A stretch of 64,000 bases of DNA from Spirochaetia bacterium. GTDB taxonomy: Bacteria > Spirochaetota > Spirochaetia > UBA9216. Below are positions 28,632-36,833 of this stretch, piece after piece. The notes beneath the pieces were generated by a model. The model searched no databases. It was not told the DNA's origin and worked only from the letters and a program-made list of their open reading frames with translations. Every line of letters begins with the position of its first letter. The stretch's first letter is position 1. The DNA is taken from contig OY776510.1 of NCBI GenBank assembly GCA_963675665.1, positions 1,856,001 to 1,920,000 of the forward strand, written 5' to 3'. Made by a program: the position numbers and the translations under genes.

Positions 28632-29849
28632 ATGTTTAAATACCTGATAGTCGGCGCCGGGGCACAGGGCGCCGCTTGCGCGTCAATTCTGGCCAATGAT
28701 GAGGAAACGGAAAAAGTTGTTCTGGCCGATATAAATATTGATCAGGCCCGAAGGGTCGTTGAACACATCGGATCAGCAAAATTTTTTGCAGAACGGGTAG
28801 ATGCTTCTGACGTAGAAGATATTGTAAGGCTTGCGAACGGGGTTGATATAATCCTTAATTTTGCTCTTCTGAAATTTAATCCGCAGATAATGCAGGCGGC
28901 AATGAAAGCCGGGGTGCATTATATTGATACGGCTTTTGATAACCCTATCTGGAATGAGCTTGAAACTGAATTCCCGCTGAAAGTCGGGCTGCAGTTTGAA
29001 GAGAAAAATATTACCGGAATTGTCGGTTGTGGAGGAGCCCCGGGGCTTATTAATGTGTTCGCCAGGCTTATCTGCGATACTATGGATACAGTCGAATCGA
29101 TAAAACTGAAAGTCGGCCACAGGGACCTGGCTAAAAAGGACAGGATAACAACCTGGATCCCATCATGGTGCCCGGAAATAGCATTAACGGATTATGCCGA
29201 TCCTCCGACAGTTTTTACAAACGGGAAATATACACAGGTTCCGGCATTTGCCGGGCAGGAGGAATATGAATTCCCCGGGCCGGTGGGAAAGAACCTGATA
29301 GCGCACCATCACCATGAAGAGCCGGTGACCCTTCCCAGGTTTATCGGAAAGGGTGTAAAGCATGTTGAGTTCAAATACGCGGTGGATCTTAACGCGGCGT
29401 CTTTTGTAAAGATGGGGTTTGCCGGTTACGACAAGATAAACGTAAAGGGCGTAGAAGTAGCGCCTATCGATGTATTAATGAAACTGGTAAAGCAGCCTTC
29501 GGACAATTTTTTCACGGAAAATGAAGAAACAGCGGCAAAAGATTCAACAATTCTGCACCCCTACCTGGTTGAAGTGGAAGGCGCCGTGAACGGTAAAATA
29601 TATAAACACAAGCTGTGGTATCCGTGTTCATTGACATCAAGCGGCAGTGAAAAACTGGAAGTCTTCAGGAAATTCGGAACAACAAATATTGCTGTCGCGT
29701 TGCCTGCTGTCGCCGGCGCAAAAATGATCCTCAAAGGAAAAGCCGATTTCGGAGTTATAGCTCCGGAATGTCTTGATCCGAAAGCATTCCTTAACGAAAT
29801 GGCTGAAACAGGGTGGGCCGTAAAGTATGAGGAAGAAATCGGTCGATAG
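28632..29849 (+). CDS. Saccharopine dehydrogenase-family oxidoreductase, copy 3
   Basis: IVGAGAQG, HYIDTA, GCGGAPG, HEEPVTLP, PECLDP. Confidence 0.85.
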   Translation: MFKYLIVGAGAQGAACASILANDEETEKVVLADINIDQARRVVEHIGSAKFFAERVDASDVEDIVRLANGVDIILNFALLKFNPQIMQAAMKAGVHYIDTAFDNPIWNELETEFPLKVGLQFEEKNITGIVGCGGAPGLINVFARLICDTMDTVESIKLKVGHRDLAKKDRITTWIPSWCPEIALTDYADPPTVFTNGKYTQVPAFAGQEEYEFPGPVGKNLIAHHHHEEPVTLPRFIGKGVKHVEFKYAVDLNAASFVKMGFAGYDKINVKGVEVAPIDVLMKLVKQPSDNFFTENEETAAKDSTILHPYLVEVEGAVNGKIYKHKLWYPCSLTSSGSEKLEVFRKFGTTNIAVALPAVAGAKMILKGKADFGVIAPECLDPKAFLNEMAETGWAVKYEEEIGR

Positions 29850-29872
29850 ACCTCCAGAAAGTATTTAAAAAT

Positions 29873-29908
29873 GGGAATCTCTAAAAACTGCAGTTTTTAG
29901 AGATTCCC
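29873..29908. repeat. Perfect 36-bp palindrome (REP-like or bidirectional terminator)
   Basis: GGGAATCTCTAAAAACTGCAGTTTTTAGAGATTCCC between convergent genes, followed by a second stem ggtttccccg/cggggaagcc. Confidence 0.85.
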
Positions 29909-29966
29909 CAATATCAAAACCGGTTTCCCCGTTGTTTTCGCTCAGACATCGGGGAAGCCTTTTACC

Positions 29967-30578
29967 CTACTTGACCTTTATATAGTAATAAACAGCAACG
30001 TTTTTGGGACGGGTTTCGGGGCCTGTGCGCGGCGTCCCGTTTGTTCCGTCTGTGTAGATTTCTGCAAACGAATCCTGATTGTTAAATCGTGCTATTGCGT
30101 AAGATCCGTTACCAATGTTTGTATACTCGTCGTTGCCTAATGCCTCAGCTCCAACTGACAGGGTGTGACCCTGGAACTGATCCTCCTGGAAATCTCCGAC
30201 GGATCTTGTGTCTGGGTCCTGATACCCGTCGTTTCTGCTCTCGTTAAGGCCTCTCAGAAACATTCCCCTCAAGTCGGGCAGATTTGCCTTACCCGTTGCG
30301 GCGGTGTATTCGGCAGTGGCTGCCGAGCCGTCGGCAAGAGCATACCTGTCTCCTGCTGTCGCATACATCTGAACGGGAGTAAGCATGGAGGTTATTATCG
30401 TACCTACAGGGGCTTCTCCGGCATTTAAAGTTTTAATATAATTCAGCAGTGTGTTAAAGTTTTCGTTCATTGAGGCTGCCGACACCACCTCGCCTGCTGA
30501 AAAGATGTTGGGTCTAGTCTGTGCAGAAAGATCTAAACTGATCAGGATAAGACAAAGAATAACAATTATTTTTTTCAC
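29967..30578 (-). CDS. Secreted phage tail-collar-domain protein A
   Basis: GTG start after GGAG; signal peptide ..LDLSA|Q; FSAGEVVSAASMNENF; LPDLRGMFLRG; DQFQGH; ETRPKNVAVYYYIK. Confidence 0.85.
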   Translation of the reverse strand: MKKIIVILCLILISLDLSAQTRPNIFSAGEVVSAASMNENFNTLLNYIKTLNAGEAPVGTIITSMLTPVQMYATAGDRYALADGSAATAEYTAATGKANLPDLRGMFLRGLNESRNDGYQDPDTRSVGDFQEDQFQGHTLSVGAEALGNDEYTNIGNGSYAIARFNNQDSFAEIYTDGTNGTPRTGPETRPKNVAVYYYIKVK

Positions 30579-30597
30579 TTTTATTAACTCCTGATAT

Positions 30598-30670
30598 ATC
30601 TTAGAGTTAGATTGGATCATTGTCAATGAAAATTACTATCCTTGTGTTCTTGGATAACTCATGGTACTCT
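30598..30670. promoter_or_regulatory. Divergent sigma70-like promoters of the tail-collar module
   Basis: Minus strand TTGACA(30626-21)-17-TAAGAT(30603-598); plus strand TTGTGT(30642-47)-17-TACTCT(30665-70), which is weaker. Confidence 0.6.
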
Positions 30671-30679
30671 TTAAACATA

Positions 30680-31549
30680 ATGAAAAAAAGATTACCTTTC
30701 AGATTAAAATTTATTTGGTTTACATGTTTGATTCCGTTCTTTTTTGCTGTTGAAATATCTGCTCAGGAATCTAATCCCATCATAACTGTTCTTGATTTTA
30801 AAACCGGCAGTATTGCCGAAAGCGATATGCAGCTCATTGTGACTATGCTTTCAACTGAACTGTTCAATACCGGAAAATACACTGTTATTGATGCCAGTCA
30901 ACGAGATGTAATTCTGGCCGAGATGGCATTCTCTCTTTCCGGATGTGCTGACGAATCGTGTCAGTTGGAAGTAGGAAAAATGCTATCGGCGGATATGATT
31001 GTTGTCGGAAGCGTCGGCAGGGCCGGAAGCAGACTGATTCTTGATACGAAGATCCTGAGGACCGAGACAGGAGAAACTGTATATACGGCCAACGGTAAAT
31101 ACGTTGAAACTGATGAGCTGATCGATGATCTCCCTTTTATTGCACTGAAACTGACCGGAGATACTGCTGCCGGGCTCGAACCGGTTGAAAAGCAGCTGAC
31201 GGCAAGAGAAATTACCGGCTGGTCGCTAATCGGCGGCGGTGCTGTTCTGGGCATGATCGGAGGGGTTCTTATGGCTACTGCAGCTGATTATAAAATTTCA
31301 ACGGTCGATGTTTCTTACCAGGCTTATCAGGATGCCTGGTACGGGGATGATTTTGAGACCCTTCGCGCAGATTATCTTGATAATCTTGAATCGTATAAAC
31401 TGAAATCGATATCGGGTACGGCTGCTGCAGGAGCAGGCATTGGATGTCTGGCTGCGGGTATTGTTCTTCTGCTGTTGCCCGATACGGCTGATAACAATGT
31501 CAGTGTAGAAGCAGGGCCTTCGGCTTTGGCTTTCAGGTTGTCGTATTAG
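30680..31549 (+). CDS. Exported CsgG/HfaB-like-domain protein, paralog of 3359..4324
   Basis: Signal ..EISA|Q; TVLDF, GKYTVIDASQRDVILAEMAFSLSGCADESCQLEVGKMLSADMIVVG; hydrophobic C-terminal segments; ends AFRLSY. Confidence 0.78.
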   Translation: MKKRLPFRLKFIWFTCLIPFFFAVEISAQESNPIITVLDFKTGSIAESDMQLIVTMLSTELFNTGKYTVIDASQRDVILAEMAFSLSGCADESCQLEVGKMLSADMIVVGSVGRAGSRLILDTKILRTETGETVYTANGKYVETDELIDDLPFIALKLTGDTAAGLEPVEKQLTAREITGWSLIGGGAVLGMIGGVLMATAADYKISTVDVSYQAYQDAWYGDDFETLRADYLDNLESYKLKSISGTAAAGAGIGCLAAGIVLLLLPDTADNNVSVEAGPSALAFRLSY

Positions 31550-31558
31550 GGGGCCGGA

Positions 31559-31750
31559 ATGAAAAAAATAATCTTGTTGATATTGGTTGCAACGGTATTT
31601 TTACTGACGACATGTAAAAATTTATGGGATTTTGAGCAGCTGCCTCTGAACAATATTGCAGATCCATCAGCTGCTGAATATATAGACAGATTAACCGTTA
31701 CCGCTGTCTGGGAGGACAGCCAGTGGGACGGCGCCGTTTTCGGCGAATAA
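31559..31750 (+). CDS. Small lipoprotein (63 aa) with C-terminal WEDSQWDGAVF motif
   Basis: MKK, hydrophobic core and LLTTC lipobox; AGGGGG RBS; tightly spaced in the operon. Confidence 0.8.
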   Translation: MKKIILLILVATVFLLTTCKNLWDFEQLPLNNIADPSAAEYIDRLTVTAVWEDSQWDGAVFGE

Positions 31751-31778
31751 TATAAGGAAAGGTCTTTAAGGAAAGAGT

Positions 31779-32423
31779 ATGAAAAAATCATTATTAATTA
31801 TTATCATCGCTGCTTTGTTTTCAGCGGCAGTCACAGCACAGAGCATCCCGAACAGCTTTACCGCCGGAGATGTAATTTCGGCCGCGGATATGAATGAGAA
31901 CTTCCAGGCGCTTCTACTTTTAATCAATCAGGTTGAAGGCGGCGGCACTGTAGGCGATGTGGTCTGCTCAATGCTTACCGAAGCCCAGTTTCAGTCCCAG
32001 AGAAGTACCGACTGGGTTCTGATGGACGGTCGTGATGTAAGCGGGAGCCAGTATGAGATAGTTACCGGGAACAGTTCACTCCCGGATGCCCGCGGAACGT
32101 TCCTGCGTTCAAAGAACAACGGGCGGGCGGACGGCGACGAAAACCCTGCAGGAGATCTGCCGCTTGGCACTTATGAGGCAGATCAGTTTCAGGGGCATTA
32201 TCATGATTACAGCGTCACCTCGACAGCCTTAATTATTAAGGATGAACCTGAAACGTCAAGTTGGGTTGAATCAGCAGCTAATGATTCGCAGCATGTAGCA
32301 TGGAACAGCTCAAATTTCAGCATAACAGCCCCTGCAACTGACGGTATCAACGGCACCCCGCGTACCGGAGACGAAACGCGTCCCAAGAGCATAACAGTTA
32401 ATTTTTTTATTAAAATAAATTAG
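31779..32423 (+). CDS. Secreted phage tail-collar-domain protein B
   Basis: Signal ..AVTA|Q; FTAGDVISAADMNENF; WVLMDG; LPDARGTFLR; DQFQGHYH; ETRPKSITVNFFIKIN. Confidence 0.85.
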   Translation: MKKSLLIIIIAALFSAAVTAQSIPNSFTAGDVISAADMNENFQALLLLINQVEGGGTVGDVVCSMLTEAQFQSQRSTDWVLMDGRDVSGSQYEIVTGNSSLPDARGTFLRSKNNGRADGDENPAGDLPLGTYEADQFQGHYHDYSVTSTALIIKDEPETSSWVESAANDSQHVAWNSSNFSITAPATDGINGTPRTGDETRPKSITVNFFIKIN

Positions 32424-32516
32424 GGGTGCAACAGGCATAATTCCTTTTCAGGCGACTTGCAATCAATAAATAATTCTCTTATCCTGTATTAAAATCCGCT
32501 TGTTGAAGGAGAACCC

Positions 32517-32738
32517 ATGTCCACAAACTGTCAAAACAAATCAAAAAACATGAAATACTGCAACTGTACCTTCCCCTGCGGTAAAAAAGGGACCTGCTGT
32601 GAATGTATCAGCTACCATTGTTCTTTAGCTCAGCTGCCTGCTTGTTATTTTCCGAATGATGCGGAAAGTTCAGGCGACCGTTCAATAGAAAACTTCATCA
32701 GCGTTTACCGTAAACGCGGCGCCGGATATCTAAAATAA
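32517..32738 (+). CDS. Small Cys-rich protein (DUF6485-like)
   Basis: CNCTFPCGKKGTCCECISYH..LPACYFP..DRS; AAGGAG RBS; own TTGCAA-17-TATCCT promoter. Confidence 0.8.
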   Translation: MSTNCQNKSKNMKYCNCTFPCGKKGTCCECISYHCSLAQLPACYFPNDAESSGDRSIENFISVYRKRGAGYLK

Positions 32739-32774
32739 TTGGATATATTGTAAAAACGGTCGTAAAAGGCCTAA

Positions 32775-32828
32775 AAACAATCAAAAAAAAGCAAAAAGCT
32801 TTACAAACAATCACAAATTTGTTATGCT
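32775..32828 (+). promoter_or_regulatory. Sigma70 promoter with AAACAATCA direct repeats (candidate DeoR operators)
   Basis: TTTACA 32800-05, 17 bp, TATGCT 32823-28; AAACAATCA at 32775 and 32805. Confidence 0.6.
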
Positions 32829-32849
32829 CTAATTATCAGAGGATAATAA

Positions 32850-33650
32850 ATGGCTGCAAATTTGATTCCGGCCGGTCGTCGCGCGGGAATACTATCTTTT
32901 ATAAAGGATAAAGGCTTTGCCAGTGTAGAAGAGCTGGCTTCCAGGTTCGAAGTGTCGGTAATAACAATAAGACGCGACCTGGATCAGCTTGAATCTGATA
33001 ATTTAATTGAGCGTACCCACGGCGGAGCAATATATACACGGCACATTGCGGTAGAATCATCATATACGGAAAAGAATTCGCAGAACCGCGAAAATAAAAA
33101 TGCAATCGGAATGCGGGCTGCAGAACTTGCTGCGCCGGGCGAAACGGTATTTGTGAACAACGGATCAACAACTCACCAGATAATCAGGGCGCTGCTTGGT
33201 ATCCGTAATATCAGGATTGTAACCAATAACATTGTTGCGGTTCTTGAGGCTGATCCGGGTCCTGATTGTGAACTGATTCTTGTCGGCGGACGATATCGTT
33301 TTAATTCAGGCTGTACAATCGGCAGTTTTGCAGAAGCTGTGATCAGACAGCTGAATGTTTCAAGGACCTTTATAGGAGCCGACGGTATCAGCCTGAAAAG
33401 CGGAATAACATCGCCGGTGGCGGAGGAAGCGGCAATCACGCGAATGATGATTGAGCATACGGCCGGAGAGATTACCATAGCGGCCGACAGCTCAAAGATT
33501 GGAAAGATATCAACGTTTTTTATTTCATCACTTAAAAGTATAGACAACCTGGTAACGGATAACGATTTTGATGAAAAATACAGACCGGACTTTGAAGAAG
33601 CAGGAATTAAAATAATAACAACAGGGAATGAAAAAATTACTTCAATGTAA
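32850..33650 (+). CDS. DeoR/GlpR-family regulator
   Basis: VSVITIRRDL, RTHGGA, GSTT, ADSSKIG. Confidence 0.95.
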   Translation: MAANLIPAGRRAGILSFIKDKGFASVEELASRFEVSVITIRRDLDQLESDNLIERTHGGAIYTRHIAVESSYTEKNSQNRENKNAIGMRAAELAAPGETVFVNNGSTTHQIIRALLGIRNIRIVTNNIVAVLEADPGPDCELILVGGRYRFNSGCTIGSFAEAVIRQLNVSRTFIGADGISLKSGITSPVAEEAAITRMMIEHTAGEITIAADSSKIGKISTFFISSLKSIDNLVTDNDFDEKYRPDFEEAGIKIITTGNEKITSM

Positions 33651-33702
33651 TTTTTTCATTCACCCTGCCCATCGTGGCAGGAATATTTTATAGGAGTGTA
33701 AA

Positions 33703-34830
33703 ATGGCGTATCAGGACCAGTACAAAGACTGCAAATGGGTTGATTTTGAAATTATGGAAAGTTTCATGAAGGACTGTCTCGTTAAAAGCGGAGTGCCTGC
33801 AGATGATGCCGAGGTTGTATCGGACGTTCTTATCGAATCCGATAAACGCGGTATTGATTCCCATGGTATAGGAAGGCTTAAACCCATCTACATAGACAGA
33901 ATCGACTGGGGTATTCTTAACCCGGTTACGAAGATTGATACCGTAAAGGAAACTGCCACAACAGCTGTTATCGACGGTAACAACGGAATGGGTCATGTTG
34001 TCTCAAAGAAAGCGATGCAGACGGCAATCGACAAGGCAAAAGAGCACGGCATGGGCATGGTTGCGGTCAGAAACTCCACGCATTACGGAATTGCCGGGTA
34101 TTACTCATTGATGGCATGCAAGGCGGGAATGATCGGTATTACCGGCACAAATGCGCGACCTTCAATAGCTCCGACTTTCGGCGTTGAAAATATGCTCGGG
34201 ACCAATCCGTTGACAATTGGTTTCCCGACCGACGAAGAGTTTCCGTTTGTACTTGACTGTGCAACCTCCGTGTCCCAGCGCGGCAAGATTGAGATGTACA
34301 GCCGTGCCGGAAAGGAACTTCCTCCGGGATGGGTAATAGGCCGTGACGGAACTGCCCGAACTGATACGGATCAGATACTTGTGGATCTTACAAAAGGACA
34401 GGCTGCTCTGGCTCCTCTCGGCGGTCTGGGAGAAAGTACCGCCGGATTTAAAGGTTTCGGATATGCTACCGTAGTCGAGGTCCTTTCGGCAGCGCTGCAG
34501 GGCGGATCTTTTCTGAAAGATTTGAACGGGTTTGATGAAAAAGGCAACCGGATCCCTTATCCGCTGGGTCATTTTTTCATAGCTATTAATATAGATGCTT
34601 TTCTCGGTATTGATATATTCAAAAAGATTGCCGGAACGATAATGAGAGACCTTCGTAATTCAGAAAAGGCTCCCGGCGAAGAAAGAATATATACAGCCGG
34701 AGAAAAGGAATGGATCGCGTGGAATTACCGAAGGGAGCACGGCTGCCCGGTTCCTGAAGTACTGCAGAAGCAGATGATTGAACTTCGCGACCGCTGGGAT
34801 CTGGATTACAAATTTGAATGGGATAATTAG
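33703..34830 (+). CDS. Ldh_2-family (type 2 malate/L-lactate dehydrogenase-like) oxidoreductase
   Basis: RGIDSHG, NSTHYG, GTNP, DCATS, KGFG. Confidence 0.9.
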   Translation: MAYQDQYKDCKWVDFEIMESFMKDCLVKSGVPADDAEVVSDVLIESDKRGIDSHGIGRLKPIYIDRIDWGILNPVTKIDTVKETATTAVIDGNNGMGHVVSKKAMQTAIDKAKEHGMGMVAVRNSTHYGIAGYYSLMACKAGMIGITGTNARPSIAPTFGVENMLGTNPLTIGFPTDEEFPFVLDCATSVSQRGKIEMYSRAGKELPPGWVIGRDGTARTDTDQILVDLTKGQAALAPLGGLGESTAGFKGFGYATVVEVLSAALQGGSFLKDLNGFDEKGNRIPYPLGHFFIAINIDAFLGIDIFKKIAGTIMRDLRNSEKAPGEERIYTAGEKEWIAWNYRREHGCPVPEVLQKQMIELRDRWDLDYKFEWDN

Positions 34831-34860
34831 ATAAGTACATCCGTGTACTTATCTAATTTT
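34825..34860 (+). terminator. Intrinsic terminator-like hairpin
   Basis: aattagataagtaca-tccg-tgtacttatctaatt followed by T. Confidence 0.7.
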
Positions 34861-34936
34861 GAAGTTTATAAGGCAATGCCTTATAAACTTCATTACTAAA
34901 AACCGCCATCCATGGCGAATAATCAGGAATACTATT

Positions 34937-36220
34937 ATGGACGAACTGAAAGAGAAAGCATTGAAATATCACAGCGCCGGGGGCAGGGCCGGAAAAATTG
35001 AGGTAGTGCCGACAAAACCGTGTGTTACCGCCGAGGATCTTTCGCTGGCGTATACGCCCGGAGTTGCGAAACCTGTACTTGAAATTGCGGAGAACCCGGA
35101 AGATGCCTATAAATATACTGCCAGGGGCAACCTTGTTGCTGTTGTATCGAACGGCACAGCAATTCTTGGTCTGGGCAACCGGGGCGCGTTGGCTTCAAAG
35201 CCGGTAATGGAAGGGAAGGGCGTTCTGTTTAAAAGGTTTGCAGATATTGATGTTTTTGATATTGAACTCGATACGGAAGACCCCGAAAAAATAGTTAATA
35301 TCGTTAAAACAATGGAGCCTACATTCGGGGGAATTAATCTCGAAGACATCAAGGCCCCTGAATGTTTTGAGATTGAGAAGAAACTTATTGAAATCTGCGA
35401 TATTCCCGTATTTCATGATGATCAGCACGGTACGGCAATAATCTGTACGGCGGGGCTTCTGAATGCCTGTGAAGTGACGGGAAAGGCGCTTGATCAGGTG
35501 AAGGTTGTTTTCAACGGTGCGGGGGCAGCCGGAATAAGCTGCGCCCTGATGTTTCTTTCCGCCGGGGTGAGAAAAGAGAACCTTCTGATGTGCGACAGCC
35601 GCGGTGTTATCCAAAAGGGACGGGAAGGCCGGCTGACGCCGCAGAAAGCCCAATTTGCAGCGGACACGGATGCGCGGACGCTTGCGGATGCCATGAAAGG
35701 CGCGGATGTTTTCGTAGGGCTTTCCACAGCCGATGTTGTATCGCCCGAAATGCTGTTAAGCATGGCGGCCGATCCGGTAGTTTTCGCCATGGCCAACCCG
35801 AACCCTGAAATAGAATACGAACTTGCCGTGGCAACCCGTTCCGACCTGATTATGGCAACCGGACGGAGCGATTATCCCAACCAGGTGAATAACGTCCTCG
35901 GGTTTCCGTTTATATTCCGAGGCGCCATGGATGTGAAAGCGAAAAAAATCTCCGAGGGAATGAAGATGGCGGCGGCCAGAGCGCTTGCCGGTCTGGCTAA
36001 AGAACCCGTTCCCGACGAAGTTCGTTCCGCATACGGACGTGATTTCAGTTTCGGCAGGGAATACATTGTTCCGAAACCGTTTGACCCCCGGGTAATAGAA
36101 TGGGAAGCGGTAGCGGTTGCGAAGGCCGCCTGTGATGAAGGTCTTGCCGCCGCGCCCGTTACCGACTGGGATGCCTACCGTTCCGCATTGAAAGCGCGAA
36201 TGAAGCGTTACTGGACGTAG
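34937..36220 (+). CDS. Malic enzyme (short form, no PTA domain)
   Basis: [47 protein letters not shown]. Confidence 0.95.
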   Translation: MDELKEKALKYHSAGGRAGKIEVVPTKPCVTAEDLSLAYTPGVAKPVLEIAENPEDAYKYTARGNLVAVVSNGTAILGLGNRGALASKPVMEGKGVLFKRFADIDVFDIELDTEDPEKIVNIVKTMEPTFGGINLEDIKAPECFEIEKKLIEICDIPVFHDDQHGTAIICTAGLLNACEVTGKALDQVKVVFNGAGAAGISCALMFLSAGVRKENLLMCDSRGVIQKGREGRLTPQKAQFAADTDARTLADAMKGADVFVGLSTADVVSPEMLLSMAADPVVFAMANPNPEIEYELAVATRSDLIMATGRSDYPNQVNNVLGFPFIFRGAMDVKAKKISEGMKMAAARALAGLAKEPVPDEVRSAYGRDFSFGREYIVPKPFDPRVIEWEAVAVAKAACDEGLAAAPVTDWDAYRSALKARMKRYWT

Positions 36221-36401
36221 TTTTAACGCCTCGGGCGGTTATAGCTGATAATACAGAATGATTTAGCCCGTGGTTAATAATTTTTTATTTTTATTGTAAT
36301 GTTGAATGTATGATCTCTTTGTTCGCGAATTGTTTACCTTGACTATGGCTGCTTAAAAATGTTATTTTTGTCCAAATCTATTAATAATAAGGACGGTTTT
36401 A

Positions 36402-36782
36402 ATGAATGTAATCACGGGTAATTTGCCCTTAATGCAGCTGTTCGGCGGCAGTGGCGGCGGTTCAATGTCCACCACATTTATTACATTTGGTCTTGTTATT
36501 GCGATCTTTTATTTTCTGATTATCAGACCGCAGAACAAGAAGCAGAAGAAGACGAAACAGATGCTTTCGGCGCTCAAAAAGGGAGACAGGGTTCAGTCTA
36601 TCGGCGGGATTCGCGGTGTTGTTCAGAATGTAAGCGATGATTCAGTTGTAGTCAAGGTAGACGACAACACAAAGATTGAGTTTGCAAAGAGTGCGATAGG
36701 TGAAGTTCTCGAAGTCAGCGCAGAGCCCAGAAAAGTTGAAAAAGAATCTGAAAAGACTTCAGAAGAGAGCAAAACAGAATAA
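36402..36782 (+). CDS. yajC: Preprotein translocase subunit YajC
   Basis: FYFLIIRPQNKKQK..LKKGDRVQSIGGIRG. Confidence 0.95.
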   Translation: MNVITGNLPLMQLFGGSGGGSMSTTFITFGLVIAIFYFLIIRPQNKKQKKTKQMLSALKKGDRVQSIGGIRGVVQNVSDDSVVVKVDDNTKIEFAKSAIGEVLEVSAEPRKVEKESEKTSEESKTE

Positions 36783-36833
36783 CCAGTCGATTGTAATTCG
36801 ATATACAAAATATTCCATATTCGGAGATATCCA

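Noticed and set aside
26144-29849. Lysine biosynthesis or spermidine synthesis assignment
   Set aside because: No partner pathway genes are adjacent; the importer and Lrp context favours catabolism.
29967-32423. Prophage or tailocin remnant
   Set aside because: There are no other phage structural, lysis or integration genes. Both collar genes are intact, have signal peptides and have host-type promoters.
29967-32423. Invertible (Mu G-segment-like) tail-fibre switch, since the paralogs are inverted
   Set aside because: No invertase in the window. Shared DNA blocks are short and mismatched at synonymous sites, and each gene has its own start and promoter.
32517-32738. Cys-rich small protein as part of the tail-collar module
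   Set aside because: It has its own promoter and RBS, has no signal peptide, and belongs to a family I recall occurring independently in anaerobes.
36221-36400. Possible structured RNA upstream of yajC (ttaac..cgggc / gcccg..gttaa)
   Set aside because: The stem is imperfect with a large loop and matches no riboswitch or tRNA consensus I can recognise.
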